Below the pieces are notes generated by a model. The model was given only the letters and a program-made list of their open reading frames with translations, was not told the DNA's origin and did no database searches. From contig NC_083403.1 in NCBI RefSeq assembly GCF_020745735.1, positions 89,189,003 through 89,253,002 on the forward strand: a stretch of DNA of 64,000 nucleotides, written 5' to 3'. Within the stretch, counting starts at the first letter, position 1. Every line of letters starts with the position of its first letter. This DNA is from Hemiscyllium ocellatum. Taxonomy: Eukaryota. Position numbers and translations under genes: made by a program. Shown piece by piece: positions 1 through 64,000 of the stretch.

Positions 1-2150
1 AGCTTCAGAGTGGAAGGTGCCCGGCCCTGATGGTCTTCCTAATGAATTCTACAAAGAATTTATAAATATATTGTTCGTGCCAATGTTGGACATGTGCAAT
101 TACTCAAACAGTCATGATTGCCTCCCGTCATCCTTGAGAGAGGCTAGTGTATCTCTCATCCTTGAAGCGAAGACCCCAGAGGATTGTGCTTCTCATAGGC
201 CCAGCTCACTTCTAAATTCTGATTTTTAAAATTTTGTCCAAGATTTTTGCATTATGGCTGGAAACACGGTTGCCTTCGTTGTCAAAGAGAACCAGATGGG
301 TTTTATAGAGGGCCACAGATCCTCCAACAGTGTTAGAAGGTTACTAAATACTGTCCAAGCGTGTCAGGCAAGGAAGATCACATTATATGCTGATGTTCTT
401 ATCTTTTTGTTGAACCCAGTAGTTTCTGTACCCCATTTGATACAATGTATTAATTTATTCGGCTCCTTTTCGGGCTACAAAAATTTAATTTTTCAAAATC
501 AGAGGCTATGCCTATGGAGGAGTGCGGTCTTGGGAATTATCTGACATTGAGGGGAGTCATGTTCTCCCTTTAAGTGGTCACAGGGAAATTTTCTTCAGGT
601 ATTTTTGTTATTCCTGTCTTTGACCAGTTTTATAAGGCAGATTTTGTCCGCTTGCTTAACAAGATTGAACAAGATCTTAAAAGATGGGAGGCCCTTCCAA
701 CATCCTGGTTTGGTCGAGTAGCCCTTATTAAAATGAATGTCCTTCCTCATTCGCTATACCCTATGCGAATGCTTACTATGGCTTTTCCCAGGCAAACCTT
801 TCGGAGACTTAATGGCTGGTTTAGATGCCTTATCTGGCACCACAAGTGGCCCCTTGTTAAGCTTGTCATATTGCAATTGCAAGGGCTGGGGTTAGTGGAC
901 CCCCCGATATTAAAAGATATCAACTAAGCACCTTTTTATCTTTTGTGAGTGACTGACTGGCATTTGGATGGGTATATGACTAGGAAGGATTTGGAGGGAT
1001 TTGGGCAGGGTGCTGTCAGGGGGGACTAAATTGGCAGGTTGGACTGAAGGGTCTCTTTCCATGCTGTAATCTCTGGCTGGGTTTGTGAAGACCCGGTGTC
1101 AGTATGGTTGGATTTTGAAGCCTCCCAGGCAAAGTGCCCTTTTATTAGCCTGTTGTTCTTAGATAAAATGAGGACAGTAGCGGAAGACTGTCGTAATCCA
1201 ATAATTATTAATGTTGTCAAAATGTGGAGTGAGGGTAATAAATCTAAAACTTTTTCTTACCCCTGTAGTTGGTATGCCGGGATTCCAGCCAGGGATAATG
1301 GACCCCAGGTTTAAACACTGGGCAGCTTGGGGAGTTTCCTGTTTGGGTGACTTATTTGAGGGTGAAACAATGATCTCCTTAGACTAAATAAGTTGCAAGT
1401 ATGGATTATCTACCAGCAGCCTTTTTTCAATTTTTCCAGATTAGTCATCTTACTTAAAAAAAAAACTATGCTTTTGACTGACTCCATACAGATTCAATAC
1501 AGAAAAGTGGGTGCTTCATGCCAAGAGCACTCTATCAGTTAGTACTCTTTATTATCTGTTGGGGGGGGGAGGTGGTTCCTCGGATGACATTGAGTGACTA
1601 TGTGAGGTCTGGGGGAGAGAGGTCTATGTGAGGTCTATGAGTTAAGATGTCCTCTGACACGAAGGTATTTGTGAAAATGAGAGATTTCGATCTATAATAA
1701 GACCCACGCCTTGCAGTTGAAGATGTGTCTGAAAATTCCCCGAGCCCGCGAGTTGGGATAAGCTAATTGTGGAACATATACTCCTGGACTTTCTCACAAG
1801 TGTGGTGCACCAAAAAACTGAATTTTTATGACATAACAGCCCTTTTTGGATTACCCAGATTTGTCTGCCATTTTAATTAGGGCTTTAGTGTGGCCATGAC
1901 AATCTGATTTAACAAACTTGGTACCCAGAGAGGAAGAATTTCAAATAAATGCAGGTGTATTATTCAATGCTCTTGAAAGTTGGGAGCTATTGTTTTGTTG
2001 CACTGAGTGGTATTATTTATTTATTACTTCTGTTGGGCTGTTTTATCTTGCACGAGTATAGTTTTGTTGATCTTTATTTCTTTTTAAATTTTTTTAGAGT
2101 AGTGTTGTAATTTTGTAATTGCATTAAGAAATCTTTTCTCAAATATTTTA
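1..2150 (+). mobile_element. Decayed L1/Tx1-type LINE ORF2 (RT and C-terminal part), runs off the left edge
   Basis: Broken ORFs with PGPDGLPNEFYK, ITLYAD, LKRWEALPTSWFGRVALIKMNVLP; many stops and frameshifts; 3' boundary approximate. Confidence 0.8.
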
Positions 2151-3468
2151 AAAATTGATACTGACTTCATGTAAGCCAATAATTGGGCTGCGGTTAGAAT
2201 ATTGCTTTTTTTAAAATTTGCAGTGACTTCAAGTAATGTTATATCTCATGTAGATGAGATAACATTCAAAAGAATAGTGTCAGGAATAAAATGTTATGGT
2301 TTTTAAGAATGCTTTGAAAACTTTGAACATTCTTCAGTGGAAGAAAGGAAGTCCAGAGAATTTGAATCAAAGTTTACAAATTTATTGGTGGTGAGTGCTA
2401 ATTGTTACAAAATATAGTTCCAGACATTTGAACATAAGGAAGTTGATAAGTACTTGAAAAGGAAGATGATATAAAGGTAATTGAAAGGAAAGGATTTAGA
2501 TGAAGAGCAAGTGATAGGATAAAATGATGTCTGCATTGGTCATTCCTTTGACTTGGTTGCCAATAACTTTCAGCTGCCCAACCTTGGTGGAATTATTGGA
2601 ATATGGAAGAATTTTGATTTTGACCTTGAAATCTGGTTTTAATTGCAATTATTGTCCTGATAACTAATCTACGCAGGCATTTATTTTGATTTTTGCAGGA
2701 AACTAAACACAGTTTTAAGCAAATAATAACTTGGTTGACAAAGATGATAACAATGTATAAAAGTAGGAAATTCATTTACATGATATTTCCAAGTAGCATT
2801 CTGTCTGCAAAAAAAACATTGCCCAGAGCATTGGTGTTTTTGAGAATTTTTAGTATGAGAGAGATGGGAGGTTTGTTTTTAGTCCTCAAAATTTGATTGT
2901 ATTTTGTGAAGTTTGATTTAAGTGCTTAATTTCTCTCTTGGAATGACTTCAATTAAATGTAACTTTGCAAAGTAAAGCTATTTAACTAACTTACTCTTGT
3001 AAAACCAGTTGTATTGTAACACAATTCTTAATAAACCATTTTTAACTGTCAATTTATTCTAAATTAAATTAGGTTGCTGTGTTTGGGAATTGATGTTTCT
3101 TTTCCTAGCACACTATAGACTAAATTTCAGCTTTTTTTCTTGGAGCTGTCCAGTGTAGTCAATGGTATATCATTTTAGACTTAATATTTTGAAATCTGCT
3201 TTAAAATTTTGATTTTGAATTGCTGGGAAACTCTGAATAGGAAATGTGCATTGTAAATTGGAGAAGTGCAATCTGCTCTACATACCAGGACCTTTTTTCT
3301 CTATTTATGGTCAGGAAAATTATTTTAACTGTGCTTTAAAAACGTTGATTTGTAACATGTGGGCACTTGAATAATGACTAAGCTGAAACCATTCTGTATC
3401 ATGTCATGTTATACTGAAACTGACCTATTTTGGTAATCCTTGGTAGTGTTGAATACTAGGGTTTATAG

Positions 3469-3667
3469 GATAAAAGCAAATTACTGCGAATGCTGGAATC
3501 TGAAACCAAAAGAGAAAATGCTGGAAAATCTCAGCAGGTCTGGCAGCATCTGTAAGGAGAAAAAAGAGCTGACGTTTTGAGTCAGTTAGACTCCAAGCGT
3601 CAGCTCTTCTTCTCTCCTTACAGATGCTGCCAGACCTGCTGAGATTTTCCAGCATTTTCTCTTTTGG
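3469..3667. mobile_element. ~200-bp palindromic Penelope-tail-derived element with 15-bp TSD
   Basis: Inverted arms 3505-3583 and 3589-3668; flanking direct repeat TACTAGG(G/A)TTTATAG at 3454-3468 and 3668-3682. Confidence 0.85.
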
Positions 3668-3741
3668 TACTAGGATTTATAGATTCTCCTGAATGTTAAA
3701 CACTTTTCTAGAAAACACTTTTTGCTTTTATTTCTGGTAAG

Positions 3742-63149
<59,408 letters not shown>

Positions 63150-64000
63150 GTACATTTCCTTTGCTCTTTTGATTATGACTTAACATCATCTACTGCAGTT
63201 TAATTTTTAATCAATTGTTGGTGCATTGGTCTATAAGATCAATAGATGGCTTGATATTCTTTGTTCTTTTGGGATCAATAATAAAACAAATTAAAAACCT
63301 GCACATGCTATAAATCAGATAAAAATAGCAATTGCTGAGAAAGCTCAGCAGATCTGGAAGTATCTGTGCTGAGAAACATTAACTCTGATTTTTCTCCACT
63401 GACAGACCTGCAGGGCTTTTCCAACAATTTCTATTTTTGTCATAAAAATAAATTATATCCACATTTATGCAAATAGATATATTAATTCTATATTTGCTCT
63501 TGTACTTTAGTTCATTTTCCCATGTATTGTTGTATCACGTTTACTTTTTTGAAGATGTACAAATTGATGGCTTTCATCTCACTCTTTATGTTACTTACAG
63601 TGCATAGTTTGCAAATAGCACGTTTCACTTACATTGCTGTTTATCAAGTGAGCCATTGCTTCACATTTTTCCAAAAGAGTTCTCATGCAAACAGAATAGG
63701 ATGATTTGTGCCAGGGTAAGCAGCAATTCGAGTAAATTCTGAGCGTACCCCTTAATAAATCTATAAGAAATAACTATAACCGATTTATAAAGCATGTTTT
63801 ATACAATGACCAAGTATTGCCTTCAATCTAAATGTTTTGAGCTCAGTTTTGTTGCATGGTGAGCTTGGCTGAATGTTGTCTTTGACAATTTGACAACTCA
63901 GCCTCATTCTGTTAGTCTATCAAATACTTGTTTGTGTGAACTGATGCTTTTGAACAGGCTAACTGTTCAGGTGTGTGGTTATGTCATTGTGTTCAGACGC

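Overview
Eukaryotic, AT-rich, intron-dominated vertebrate genomic DNA, most likely from a shark or other elasmobranch (HE1-type SINEs plus shark-type CR1 and Penelope families; this is inference). The whole window lies inside one + strand gene, CAD (glutamine amidotransferase / carbamoyl-phosphate synthetase 2 / dihydroorotase / aspartate transcarbamylase). I reconstructed 29 consecutive, phase-compatible coding exons (3742-63149). They cover the end of the GATase, all of CPS-A/B, the whole dihydroorotase and the start of the DHO-ATC linker, roughly human exons 7-35 from recalled exon sizes. The start codon and the ATCase exons lie outside the window. All introns are GT-AG except one GC-AG intron (44171-44275). 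The introns are packed with decayed transposons: CR1, L2 and L1/Tx1 LINEs, HE1 and DeuSINE-like SINEs, a near-full-length Tigger4-like DNA transposon, an LTR-less retroviral gag fragment, and many Penelope-like element (PLE) remnants. The most notable non-coding signal is a recurring PLE-derived fold-back architecture: two inverted 3' tails plus an unpaired extension of about 36 nt. Two copies have a 14-15 bp target-site duplication, and the tails carry minimal hammerhead-ribozyme cores. At least two cores look intact, and one is in the CAD sense strand about 105 nt upstream of the first dihydroorotase exon. Repeat boundaries are approximate and read by eye; no searches were run.
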